Shown here: one piece after another, positions 12,431 through 21,965 of the stretch
How the letters are laid out: every line of letters starts with the position of its first letter
Numbering within the stretch: position 1 is the first letter of the stretch
NCBI GenBank assembly: GCA_964383295.1
Contig: CAYLHK010000002.1
Span: forward strand, 31,043 to 95,042
From: an uncultured Rhodovulum sp.
GTDB lineage: Bacteria; Pseudomonadota; Alphaproteobacteria; Rhodobacterales; Rhodobacteraceae
DNA: 64,000 nt
Direction of reading: 5' to 3'
Translations under genes and position numbers: made by a program
The notes under the pieces: model-generated
Told to the model about the DNA's origin: nothing
The model's database searches: none
The model's input: only the letters and a program-made list of their open reading frames with translations

Positions 12431-13236
12431 GCGGCGTGGTCACCCCCGCCGCCCGCCAGTGGCATCGCTTCACCCCGGGTCAGCGGCTCGCGCGCTATGC
12501 GGTATATATCTGCACGGTGATGGCGCTCGTCTGGTCGGTGCGCAACGTCAAGATCATCCCCGAATTCCTCTACGACGCCCACAACCAGATGGCGGATCTG
12601 TTCAGCCGGATGTGGCCACCGGACCTCGCCTACTATCCTACCACGATCCATGCGGCGCTGATCGAGACACTCCACATCGCCTCGCTCGGCACGATCCTGG
12701 CGCTGGTGATGGGGGTTCCGGTCGGGCTGATGGCGGCGCGCAACATCATGCCGTGGCGGATCGTGAACGAGTTCGCCAAGCTGATCCTCGTCGCCTCGCG
12801 TTCGGTCAACTCGCTGGTCTGGGCGCTGCTCTTCGTGGCGATCTTCGGCCCGGGCGCTCTGGCAGGCACAATCGCCATCGCCTTCCGCTCGATAGGCTTC
12901 GTAGGCAAGCTCTTGGCCGAGGCGATCGAGGAGGCCCCGCCCGGCCCGATCGAGGCGCTACGCGCGGCGGGCGCCAGCTGGATGCAGGTACTGATCAAGG
13001 GCTACTGGCCCCAGGTGCAGCCGTCCTTCTGGTCGATCGCCCTCTTCCGCTGGGACATCAACGTCCGCGAGAGCGCCGTGCTAGGTCTCGTCGGCGCAGG
13101 CGGGATCGGCGTGGTGCTCGATGCGGCGATGAATTTCTTCCAGTGGACCCGCGTCGCCACTGTCCTGCTCTCGATCTTCGTCGTGGTGGTGATCGCTGAG
13201 GTCATCGTCACCAAGATCCGTCAGCGGCTGATCTGA
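12427..13236 (+). CDS. phnE: Phosphonate ABC permease
   Basis: GKLLAEAIE, DINVRESAVLGLVGAGGIG. Confidence 0.8.
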   Translation: MSGVVTPAARQWHRFTPGQRLARYAVYICTVMALVWSVRNVKIIPEFLYDAHNQMADLFSRMWPPDLAYYPTTIHAALIETLHIASLGTILALVMGVPVGLMAARNIMPWRIVNEFAKLILVASRSVNSLVWALLFVAIFGPGALAGTIAIAFRSIGFVGKLLAEAIEEAPPGPIEALRAAGASWMQVLIKGYWPQVQPSFWSIALFRWDINVRESAVLGLVGAGGIGVVLDAAMNFFQWTRVATVLLSIFVVVVIAEVIVTKIRQRLI

Positions 13237-13271
13237 GGGCGTTAGGGCTTTTATCTTTTAAAGCAATGATA

Positions 13272-13302
13272 GGAGTGCGGTGATATTGTATCACCGCACT
13301 CC
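13272..13302. repeat. Perfect 14-bp inverted repeat (hairpin; REP-like, terminator or operator)
   Basis: GGAGTGCGGTGATA-TTG-TATCACCGCACTCC downstream of phnE. Confidence 0.65.
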
Positions 13303-13424
13303 AGCTCGGCTTGCCCTCCCTCGTCGCGCCGTACCTCCTGCACCGGCAGGACGGCACCCAGCTTCGTCTCTCTTGACGCGGGCCCGGGGTCGCGTGCAGG
13401 CAGGGGAAAACGCGGGAGGAAAGG

Positions 13425-14543
13425 ATGACAGGTCTCGGGATCGGTCTGATCGGCACCGGCTTCATGGGCAAGTGCCACGCGCTGGCCTATCGGCAGGCGG
13501 GAGCGGTCTTCGGCGACCTGCCCCCCGCGCGGCTGGAGGTCCTGTGCGACACGCCAGCGGAGAGGGCGTCGGCAATGGCGGCACAGTTCGGCTTTGCCCG
13601 CGCCACCGACGACTGGCGCGCGGTCGTGACCGACCCCGCCGTCGACATCGTCTGCATCACGACGCCGAACAAGCTCCATGCCGAGATGGCGCTGGCGGCA
13701 ATCGCTGCCGGCAAGCACGTCCACTGCGAGAAGCCGCTCGCTCTGACGTTGGCAGAGGCCGAGGCGATGGGTGCCGCCGCACGCACGGCGGGGGTGCGCA
13801 CGATGGTGGGCTACAACTACACCCACAACCCCGCCTTTACCCATGCCGTGCGGCTGGTGGCCGCAGGTGAGATCGGCCGGCTGGTGCATTTTCGCGGCTG
13901 GGTGGACGAGGACTACCAGGCCGACCCGGAGATGCCCTGGAGTTGGCGCGCGCTGGCGTCCGAGGCAGGGCTCGGCGTGCTGGGCGACCTGATGTGCCAT
14001 CTCGTCAGTATGGCCCTGCCGCTGGCCGGCTCGGTCGAGAGCGTGATTGCCGAGATGCAAACGATCCATCTCACCCGCGCCATGTCCGACGGCAGCGGCC
14101 GCGCCCCGGTCGAAAACGAGGACGTAGCCACTGCGCTTGTCCGTTTCGCCGCCGGCTTCCACGGCAGCCTGTCGGCGTCGCGCAGCGCCTGGGGTCGCAA
14201 GAGCCGGCTGGCCTGGGAAGTACACGGCGCGTCCGGCATGCTGACCTACGACCAGGAGCGGATGAACGAGCTCAGGCTCTACCGCAACACCGGCGACCCG
14301 GCTCTGCAAGGCTTCACCACGATCCTGACCGGCGGCGCGCATACGCCCTACGCCGCCTTCTGCCCCGCGCCGGGGCACCAGCTGGGCTTCAACGAGCTGA
14401 AGGTGATCGAGGCGGGCGCGTTCCTGCGCGAGATCTCTGGCGGCCCGGCGGTAGGTCCGGATTTTGCCCGGGCGCTGGAAATCGAGCGGGTGATCCATGC
14501 GATGGCCGAAGCGGCGCGGGAGGGGCGGCGGGTGACGCCATGA
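13425..14543 (+). CDS. Gfo/Idh/MocA family oxidoreductase (inositol dehydrogenase-like)
   Basis: GTGFMG, HVHCEKP, GDLMCH motifs. Confidence 0.9.
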   Translation: MTGLGIGLIGTGFMGKCHALAYRQAGAVFGDLPPARLEVLCDTPAERASAMAAQFGFARATDDWRAVVTDPAVDIVCITTPNKLHAEMALAAIAAGKHVHCEKPLALTLAEAEAMGAAARTAGVRTMVGYNYTHNPAFTHAVRLVAAGEIGRLVHFRGWVDEDYQADPEMPWSWRALASEAGLGVLGDLMCHLVSMALPLAGSVESVIAEMQTIHLTRAMSDGSGRAPVENEDVATALVRFAAGFHGSLSASRSAWGRKSRLAWEVHGASGMLTYDQERMNELRLYRNTGDPALQGFTTILTGGAHTPYAAFCPAPGHQLGFNELKVIEAGAFLREISGGPAVGPDFARALEIERVIHAMAEAAREGRRVTP

Positions 14544-14553
14544 CGCGCAAGGT

Positions 14554-15583
14554 TCAGGCCAGCACCCGGATGCTGCGGCGCCAGGTGGCGGGCGGGGTCG
14601 CGTAGCGGCGGGCGAAGGCCCGGGTGAAGGCTGCCTCGGTGCCGTAACCGGCGCGCGCCGCGATCTCGACAATCGGCAGGTCGGTGTCCGCAAGCTCGGC
14701 CGAGGCGAGATAGAGCCGCCAGTCCCGCAGGTAGCGCATCGGCGACATGCCGAGCACCTGCTGGAAATGCGCGCAGAGCACGGTCTTCGAGACGCCGGCC
14801 GCGGCGGCGAGCCCGTGCTGCGTCCAGTCCTCGGTCAGACTGGCGTGCAGGAGCCCCAGCGTACGGCGCAGGATCGGATCACCGAGGGCCGCGAGCCATC
14901 CGGCGCTGGCCGAGCGCGCGGCCAGCATCTGCCGACGCATCATCTCGATGAAGATGATCTCGCTCATCCTCGCGACGATGATGGAGCCGCCCGGGGTGGG
15001 CGCATCGGCTTCACGGACAAAGCCGACCGACCGCGGGCCCAAGCCAGTCGGAGCCGCCCGCCGCGGTGCGCGCGATCATCACCTCCGGCAGCGCCTCTAG
15101 CAGAGGTTGGAAGTCGAGGACACGCACCTCCAGAAACCCGCAGAGAATGCGCGCGCGCGGCGCCGAATTCGGATCCGGACCCGGCCCGGGATAGGCCAGG
15201 ATCGGGATCGTGGCCCAGGGCGGCGCAGGCAGGTCGCCCCCGGGATTGAGCAGCCGCCCCCCTTCGCCCGCACCGATGAAATGCACGCTGCCGCGGGGGA
15301 AGACGACGACATCGCCCGCCTCGACGGTGAAGCGCCCTCCCATGGGGTCGATCCAGACGCGGCCTTCGATGATGATGTGAAAGCTCACCGATCCCGGCGG
15401 CCGGAATGACCCGGGCGTCGCGTCGACCATCCAGGCCCCATGCGGCTCGAAGCAGAACTGAAGGCTCCTGTGGACGCGGATATCGCGCAGGAGGTGCGCG
15501 AGCACGTCGCCGCGGGCGATCTGCGGCGGCAACGGTCCGGCCGTCGGAACGGTCAAGATTCGCGGAAGCTCGGCCAAAGACAT
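14554..15583 (-). pseudogene. AraC family regulator (cupin + HTH), frameshifted near 15023-15034
   Basis: Cupin ORF (FHIIIEG, VVFPRGSVH) stops at 15011; HTH ORF (SPMRYLRDWRL, GYGTEAAFTRAF) continues in another frame. Confidence 0.75.
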
Positions 15584-15744
15584 CAGCGGGTGCCCGGTGT
15601 CATGACGGCCCAACATATCACAGCTGGAGACAGGTGATTGCACAACTTGCTTCCCAGGGACGCAGGACATGCGGGCGGGCTGCCCGCGGGCAGGAATGCC
15701 TCGGGGTAAACGTAATATACAAAATGGATTAAAGGATGACATTC

Positions 15745-16593
15745 ATGTCCACGACAACCACACGAACGCCCCCCTCCGCTCCGACGCCGGCGGGCGTTCT
15801 CGCCTCCGTCAAGGCGCGCCAGAAGGCGGCCTGGTCCTCGGGGAACTATGCGGTCGTAGGCACCACGTTGCAGATCGTCGGCGAGACGCTATGCGAGGCC
15901 GTGCCCCTCTCCCCCGGCTCGAAGGTGCTCGACGTCGCTGCCGGGAACGGCAATGCGACGCTGGCGGCAGCGCGGCGCTGGTGCGAGGTCGTGTCGACCG
16001 ACTATGTCCCCGCTTTGCTCGACCTCGGCCGCCGGCGCGCCGAGGCCGAGGGGCTGGAGGTCGCGTTCCGCGAGGCCGATGCGGAGGCGCTTCCCTTCGC
16101 GGATGCAAGCTTCGATGCGGTTGTGTCCACCTTCGGCGTGATGTTCACGCCGGACCAGGACCGCGCGGCCGCGGAGATGCTGCGTGTCTGCAGGAGCGGC
16201 GGACGGATCGGGCTTGCCAACTGGACTCCCGACGGGTTCATTGGCGAGCTCTTCAGGACGATCGGCAGGCATCTTCCACCGCCGGCGGGCGTGAAGTCAC
16301 CGGCGCTCTGGGGCACGCGCGAGCGGATCGTCGAGATGTTCGGCGCCGGCGCCAACGAAATCGGCATAGAGCAGCGGAACTACGTCTTCCGTTATCGCTC
16401 GCCCGAACACTGGCTCGAGGTGTTCCGCCGTTGGTACGGACCGATGCTCAAGGCCCTCGCCGCGCTCGATGCCGACGGCCAGAGGACGCTGGAAGCCGAC
16501 ATGCTGGCACTTGCGAACCGCTTCAATACAGCGACCGACGGCACGCTGGCCGCGCCGGGCGCCTATCTGGAAGTTGTCGTCGTGCGCGCCTGA
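15745..16593 (+). CDS. Class I SAM-dependent methyltransferase
   Basis: VLDVAAGNGN, DAEALPF, STFGVMF; divergent from the AraC gene. Confidence 0.88.
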   Translation: MSTTTTRTPPSAPTPAGVLASVKARQKAAWSSGNYAVVGTTLQIVGETLCEAVPLSPGSKVLDVAAGNGNATLAAARRWCEVVSTDYVPALLDLGRRRAEAEGLEVAFREADAEALPFADASFDAVVSTFGVMFTPDQDRAAAEMLRVCRSGGRIGLANWTPDGFIGELFRTIGRHLPPPAGVKSPALWGTRERIVEMFGAGANEIGIEQRNYVFRYRSPEHWLEVFRRWYGPMLKALAALDADGQRTLEADMLALANRFNTATDGTLAAPGAYLEVVVVRA

Positions 16594-16608
16594 TGGCGGG
16601 CGACGCCG

Positions 16609-16980
16609 TCAAGCCCGCTGGTCGCGGGTCGCGGGGTCGGGGGTGCGTGCGAGGCGTGCACCCCTGGCCGTATAGGCGCCGATCTGGCCACGGGCCTTCT
16701 CGATCTTTTCGACCTCGGCGGAAGCCGCGCGCACGCCGGCCAGGCTGGCGAGGAGCAGGCGGCTGTTGCGCTCGGCGCGCTGTTTCAGGGCGGCGACAAA
16801 GTCCGCCGGCATCTCCCGCCCCGTCGCCATGATCTCGGCAAGCGCGCGCTCGCGGCGCTCGACGAGTGCCTGCAGGCCGGAGAGCGGGCCGCTGAGAATC
16901 AGGCTGCGCTCCTGGTCGAGCAGCCGAAGGATGCGCGCGCAACGCGAGGCAGTCAGGAACTGGGAGATCATCGGGCTCAC
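16609..16980 (-). CDS. FlgN-like flagellar export chaperone
   Basis: Helical 123 aa, LLDQER..RNSRLL..GAY pattern, coupled to the flgJ-like gene. Confidence 0.6.
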   Translation of the reverse strand: MSPMISQFLTASRCARILRLLDQERSLILSGPLSGLQALVERRERALAEIMATGREMPADFVAALKQRAERNSRLLLASLAGVRAASAEVEKIEKARGQIGAYTARGARLARTPDPATRDQRA

Positions 16981-17276
16981 CTCGCTTTCAGGATCTGGTA
17001 GACGCGCTCGGCCAGGCCGATGCCGCCGGCCGCGGACATGCGGCGGGCGTATTCGTCGGTGAGAAGGCTGGCGAAGGCCTCCTCCCCGGCGCCGCCCCCG
17101 AAGCCAGAAGGCATCTGGTTCACCCCCGCGGTTTTGAGCATCTCGCCCAGGAACGCCGCCTCGAAGTCCTGTGCCGCCTTGCGAACGGCCGCATCGCCAC
17201 CGTCGGTCGGCACCTCGCGGGCTCCGACGGTCGGCGCCGCGGGCACATGGCCGGAAGAAATCGGGGGCAACTGCAT
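16977..17276 (-). CDS. flgJ: Flagellar rod-binding protein (single-domain FlgJ)
   Basis: AAQDFEAAFLGEMLK, GGGAGEEAF, GGIGLAE. Confidence 0.8.
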   Translation of the reverse strand: MQLPPISSGHVPAAPTVGAREVPTDGGDAAVRKAAQDFEAAFLGEMLKTAGVNQMPSGFGGGAGEEAFASLLTDEYARRMSAAGGIGLAERVYQILKAR

Positions 17277-17328
17277 GGCGGCTTCTCCGCAGCGTCTCGG
17301 ATGTCGGGGCCAGTCATGCACCGACGAG

Positions 17329-17343
17329 GTAAAGGAATCGTAA
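17329..17343. promoter_or_regulatory. Degenerate CtrA-like box
   Basis: GTAA-N7-GTAA (consensus TTAA-N7-TTAA) in the flgJ/fliK divergent intergenic region. Confidence 0.45.
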
Positions 17344-17391
17344 GGCTTTCCCGGCAGTGATCGGCGCGACAATGCGCGCAGCGGAGCAGAT

Positions 17392-18471
17392 ATGCAGCTA
17401 GCCGACCTGATGCCGAGCGGCCGACGCGCGTCAGCCGCGCCAAGCGAGCCGGCTGCCGCCGCGACGGCGGATGCGGTGCCGGGCCTCCCGCGCCGGTCGA
17501 GCACGGAGGGATCGTTCTCGGAGGTTCTGGCCGGTAGCGCGCAGGCCACCACGCAAGAGATCCTTCCACTCATCGACAGCGAGCCTGCCGCCCAGACGCC
17601 CGATGACCTGCCGGAGCCCCTGATCACGGTCTCGATGACGCCTTGCAGCGAAATTGTGGTCGAGACGCGGAAGCCTGCGGAAACCAGCGCCGACGCGCCT
17701 CTGCCCGTGCCAGACCCCGAGGCGCAGATCGCACCCGCACTTCTGCCACGCCCGAAGCAGGAAGAACCCGGATCGCAGCGACCGGCACCGCAGATCCCGA
17801 CGGCTGCTGCCGCGCTCCAGACTGCGGCCGCTGCCCCTGATAAGATTGCCGTCGAACCGGAGGCCGAGGTTTCCGCCGACGACGCGTCCCCGACCGCGCC
17901 CGCAAGCCACACGCCTTCTGGAGGCGTAGCGGCCTCTCCGCTCGCCGTCCCGGCGGCCGCAGCGGCGGTGACCCCGCTCGCCCCGGCGGCCGACGCGCCG
18001 GTGCTCGCCTGGCGGCTCGAAGCGGAATCGCCGGTGCAGGCGTCGGTGCGCGCAGAGCTTCCGGCCCCAGCGACCACCCCACAGCCAGCCACGCGCCAGA
18101 TCGCGGCCGCGGTGGCTCAGGCCGGGGGCGGAATGGTCGAGATCCGACTGGATCCACCGGAGCTCGGCCGAGTGCAGATCCGGCTGGAGCCGGCAGAGGA
18201 CGGGCTTAGGGCAGTTGTTCTGGCCGAGCGGGCCGATACGCAGGACCTTCTGCGGCGCAACGCGGATCAACTGGCGCGCGAACTTGCCGAGGCGGGATAC
18301 GCACGCGTGTCGCTCGACTTCGCCGCCGGCGGCGAGAGAGCGCGGCGCGACGACCGTCCAACCCACGGATTCACGCTCGCCGCGACGGCACCGATCGACC
18401 TGCCGGCTTCGATCCATCTCCCGACCCGGTCTGCGCCCCCGCAGACCAGCGGCCTCGACGTCCGCCTCTGA
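17392..18471 (+). CDS. fliK: Flagellar hook-length control protein FliK
   Basis: Pro/Ala-rich N-terminus, C-terminal IRLDPPELGRV, ends GLDVRL. Confidence 0.85.
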   Translation: MQLADLMPSGRRASAAPSEPAAAATADAVPGLPRRSSTEGSFSEVLAGSAQATTQEILPLIDSEPAAQTPDDLPEPLITVSMTPCSEIVVETRKPAETSADAPLPVPDPEAQIAPALLPRPKQEEPGSQRPAPQIPTAAAALQTAAAAPDKIAVEPEAEVSADDASPTAPASHTPSGGVAASPLAVPAAAAAVTPLAPAADAPVLAWRLEAESPVQASVRAELPAPATTPQPATRQIAAAVAQAGGGMVEIRLDPPELGRVQIRLEPAEDGLRAVVLAERADTQDLLRRNADQLARELAEAGYARVSLDFAAGGERARRDDRPTHGFTLAATAPIDLPASIHLPTRSAPPQTSGLDVRL

Positions 18472-18493
18472 ACCGCCACCCCTGGAGCAAGCG

Positions 18494-19156
18494 ATGGAGA
18501 TCAATCCGACCACCACGGCCCCGACCGCGCCGCCAGCCGCGCAGAAGTCCCGCAACGACGAGAACGCCGGCAACATCGCCGGCGACTTCCAGACGTTCCT
18601 CACGCTTCTCACCACGCAGATGCGCAATCAGGATCCGCTGAAGCCGATGGAATCGACCGAGTTCGTCGCCCAGCTTGCGAGTTTCTCGGCGGTCGAGCAG
18701 CAGGTGCGCACCAACACCCGGCTCGACGACATCTATGGCGCACTCGCGGGTGGCACGGCCGACGGGCTCGCCGCCTGGATCGGACGCGAGGTGCGCGCAC
18801 CGGTCAAGGCGGAGTTCACCGGCACGCCGATCGACATTGGCATGGCCCCGCTTGAAGGCGCGGATCGTGCGGTCCTGGTGGTGAAGAACGACTTCGGCCA
18901 GGAGGTCCTGCGCAAACCGGTCAGCGCCGCCGGCGACACCCTCACCTGGGACGGACTCGACGCCTATGGGACGCCGCTGGCCAATGGCAGCTACAGCTTT
19001 ACCATCGACAGCTACAGCGGCGACGTGCTTCGTAACAGCCAGGCCGGCCAGGTCTTCGGCAAGGTCGGCGAGGTGCGGATCGAGGATGGCGGCCCGGTGC
19101 TGCTGATGGAGGGCGGCGGTCGTGTCGCGCTGGCCGAGGTGACGGCGGTGCGCTGA
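18494..19156 (+). CDS. flgD: Flagellar hook capping protein FlgD
   Basis: FLTLLTTQMRNQDPLKPM, FVAQLASFS. Confidence 0.92.
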   Translation: MEINPTTTAPTAPPAAQKSRNDENAGNIAGDFQTFLTLLTTQMRNQDPLKPMESTEFVAQLASFSAVEQQVRTNTRLDDIYGALAGGTADGLAAWIGREVRAPVKAEFTGTPIDIGMAPLEGADRAVLVVKNDFGQEVLRKPVSAAGDTLTWDGLDAYGTPLANGSYSFTIDSYSGDVLRNSQAGQVFGKVGEVRIEDGGPVLLMEGGGRVALAEVTAVR

Positions 19157-19175
19157 GCGCGCCCGTCTATCCGCT

Positions 19176-19844
19176 TCAGCCCGCCTCCAGCCGCTCCTTT
19201 GCCGCGTTGATCATCGCCGCGAGCGCACCCGAGCCGCCGAGATCAGGATGCACGCGCTTCATAAGCCGCCGGTGCGCCGCGCGTATCTCCTCCAGCGTGG
19301 CGCCGGGTTGCAGGCCGAGGATGCGCAGCGCCTCGGCCTCGCTCATCCGCCCGTCCGACCGCGGCGCCTGCGCGCCGCCGGGTTGCCGCTCCTGCCGCTT
19401 ACCGTCCTTCTCGCCTTGCCGATCGAGCCAGGCGTGCAGCAGCGAGAGGCTGTCGTCGTCGCCCGCGGCCTCGATTTCGGCGAGCAGCGCCTGCACCTCC
19501 GCTGCCGACAAATCCGAGAGCCACCGCCCGGCCGAGGCGCCCTCGAGCACCTGGCCATCCATGTCGCCAGTGTCGTGGTCGAGTGTCATCGAAAGATGAC
19601 GGGTACTCGCCTGCGAGCGTTGGCCCGGGCTCGGCCGCCCGCCACCGCGGTCTCCCTGCTGCCAGATGCGTGCCCCGATCATCGCCAGCAGGCCCGCGAA
19701 GGCGAACTGGCGCAGCATCGCGAGCGCAACGGCAAACGAAAGCACCAGAGCTGCGAGCGCCCGGCGCGGCGGAAGGCGCACAAAGGCAACCAGCCCCGCC
19801 ACCAGGGCGGCCAGCGCCAGCAGAGGCCCGAGCGCGGCACTCAC
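19176..19844 (-). CDS. Membrane-anchored J-domain (DnaJ-like) protein
   Basis: Hydrophobic N-terminus; C-terminal EALRILGL..HRRLMKRVHPDLGG. Confidence 0.85.
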   Translation of the reverse strand: MSAALGPLLALAALVAGLVAFVRLPPRRALAALVLSFAVALAMLRQFAFAGLLAMIGARIWQQGDRGGGRPSPGQRSQASTRHLSMTLDHDTGDMDGQVLEGASAGRWLSDLSAAEVQALLAEIEAAGDDDSLSLLHAWLDRQGEKDGKRQERQPGGAQAPRSDGRMSEAEALRILGLQPGATLEEIRAAHRRLMKRVHPDLGGSGALAAMINAAKERLEAG

Positions 19845-20599
19845 GGCCGCAGGTCGGTCAGCAGAGCGCGGGCCGCCGCCGAGCCGCTGGCCTCTAGCGC
19901 AGGGCGTCCGCCGGCGGCAAAGGCCCCGATCGCGGAGAGAAGCGCGCGCAGTTCAGCCGCAGCCCCCGGGTCGAAGCGCAGGAAGACGCCCCCCGTGATC
20001 CGGGCGATCTCGCGATAGGCGCGCTCGGCGGTCTGGTCGCGACCCTCGAGGAACATGAAGGCGCGTGTCCCGCGCAGCGCCAGCCGACCTGCCCTGTCCG
20101 CGAGCGCGTCGATCCCCTCCTCCATCGCGTCGCCCACATAGACCAGCGCCGCGACCGGCGCCTTTGCCGCCTCGCGCTCGGCATGATCGAGCACCTTGCC
20201 GATCTGCGTCAGCCCGCCGTGACAGGTGATGCCCTGCATCACCCGGGTCAGCGTCCCGGCGTCGTTCACCCAGCGCGAGGCCCGTGCCTCGTCGCGGCCG
20301 CGAAAATAGACGAGCTTGACCGCAAGCCCGCCAACGCTGCGGGCGGCCTCGAAAAGATCCGCCTGCAGGTGGCAGGCGAGATCCCATGTCGGCTGCCGGC
20401 TCATTGTGGCGTCGAGCGCGAAGATCAGCCGCCCGCCCTGCCCCGCGGGCGTGACACGACGGCTCGCGGCCAGAAAGGCGGCCAGCTCGGCTGGTGACGA
20501 GGTTGGCGCCACTTGGTCCGCGCGCCTGTCGGGCGTTCGCGTCGGCAACTCGCCCGGCGTCGTGCGGGATCGGGACATCGCTTCCTCCTCACCCATCAT
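19841..20599 (-). CDS. vWA domain protein
   Basis: MIDAS-like FALDATMSR, GGLTQI, YVGDAMEE; start may be ~20578. Confidence 0.75.
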   Translation of the reverse strand: MMGEEEAMSRSRTTPGELPTRTPDRRADQVAPTSSPAELAAFLAASRRVTPAGQGGRLIFALDATMSRQPTWDLACHLQADLFEAARSVGGLAVKLVYFRGRDEARASRWVNDAGTLTRVMQGITCHGGLTQIGKVLDHAEREAAKAPVAALVYVGDAMEEGIDALADRAGRLALRGTRAFMFLEGRDQTAERAYREIARITGGVFLRFDPGAAAELRALLSAIGAFAAGGRPALEASGSAAARALLTDLRP

Positions 20600-20657
20600 C
20601 TGGCGTCGGAGCCGTGCCTTGCAAGTCCTGGTCGTGGCGCGAGCGCCGCCACGCGGG

Positions 20658-20855
20658 TCAGCGGAAGACCCCTTCCTCGAACACGCCCTGCTCGAACACC
20701 GCGTGGTCGTCCTGCGGCATCAGGGGCGGAAGCTCGTCGGGGCGCGGCATAGGGCGGGCAAGGGCCGCGCGGGCAAGCACGGGCAGCGCTAGAATGGCTT
20801 GCGTCAAGCCGAGCACGCCCCGGCGACGCCAGCCGCCCCGCTCAGCCTGCGACAT
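20658..20855 (-). CDS. Small protein (65 aa) with twin-arginine-like leader and C-terminal VFExG repeats
   Basis: Overlaps acuI stop; RRRGVLG + hydrophobic stretch + ALA; ends VFEQGVFEEGVFR. Confidence 0.45.
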   Translation of the reverse strand: MSQAERGGWRRRGVLGLTQAILALPVLARAALARPMPRPDELPPLMPQDDHAVFEQGVFEEGVFR

Positions 20856-21852
20856 CGACCACCACCCTTCCCTGCACGCCGCCCTTCAGGATGCGTGCTC
20901 CGAGTTCGGGCAGATCCGCGAGTCGAGCCGGCTGGATCATGCGTTCGAGCACGTCGAGATCGAGATCGCGCACCAGCCGCGCCCAGGCCGCCTCACGCGC
21001 GGCGAAGGGCTGCAGCACGCTGTCGATCCCGAGCAGGTTCACGCCGCGCAGCAGGAAGGGGACGATCGAGAGCGGCACGTCCACCCCGCCGGCCAGGCCG
21101 ACGGCTGCAATTGAGGCCCCGTATTTCAGCTGCTTCGCGACCCGCGCCAGTGTCGTGCCGCCGACCGCATCGACACAGCCTGCCCAGGTCTCGGAATCGA
21201 GCGGCCGCGCACCGGGGTCGGTCAGGTCGTTGCGCGACATGATCCGGCTGGCGCCCAGCTCCCGCAGGTAGTCCTCCGTCTCGGGCCGCCCGGTGGAGGC
21301 CGTCACCTCGTAGCCTAGCCGCGCCAGGACCGCGACGGCGACCGAACCGACGCCGCCGGCCGCCCCGGTGACCAGCACGGGGCCGTGGTCCGGCACCAGT
21401 CCGTGCTCCTCGAGCGCCATGACCGCCAGCATCGCGGTCAGGCCCGCGGTGCCGATCGCCATCGCCTGCCGCGGTGTCAGCCCCTCTGGCAGCGGCACCA
21501 GCCAGTCCGCCCTGACGCGCGCCTTCTGCGCATAGCCGCCCCAATGCGCCTCGCCGACCCGCCAGCCCGTCAGCACCACCGCATCGCCCGGCCGATAGCG
21601 CGGATCGTCCGATCCCTCGACCACGCCCGCGAAGTCGATCCCCGGGACATGAGGGTACTTGCGCACCAACCCCGCGCCCGGGCCGAGGCAGAGCCCGTCC
21701 TTGTAGTTCAGCGTCGAATGGCTCACCGCCACGGTGACCTCACCCGCAGGCAGGTCGTCAAGGCTCAGCCGGCGCAGCGCCGCCGTCGTATGGCCCGCCG
21801 CATCCCTGTCGACCACGAGCGCCTCGAAATCCATCTCCTGCCTTTCCGCCAT
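20842..21852 (-). CDS. acuI: Acrylyl-CoA reductase AcuI (YhdH, MDR family)
   Basis: STLNYKDG, PGIDFAG, GTAGLTAML, VTGAAGGVGS, LRGVNLLGIDSV. Confidence 0.88.
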   Translation of the reverse strand: MAERQEMDFEALVVDRDAAGHTTAALRRLSLDDLPAGEVTVAVSHSTLNYKDGLCLGPGAGLVRKYPHVPGIDFAGVVEGSDDPRYRPGDAVVLTGWRVGEAHWGGYAQKARVRADWLVPLPEGLTPRQAMAIGTAGLTAMLAVMALEEHGLVPDHGPVLVTGAAGGVGSVAVAVLARLGYEVTASTGRPETEDYLRELGASRIMSRNDLTDPGARPLDSETWAGCVDAVGGTTLARVAKQLKYGASIAAVGLAGGVDVPLSIVPFLLRGVNLLGIDSVLQPFAAREAAWARLVRDLDLDVLERMIQPARLADLPELGARILKGGVQGRVVVDVAG

Positions 21853-21965
21853 TCGCGCCTGTCCTCGCGGCAGGGTCCAGCGGCGGAGGCGTCTTGTCAA
21901 ACTCCGATTGCCGCGGCCAGATGGTTGCCGGCCCGAGGCGGGGGCTGCACGGCCCGGGAGGCGGA

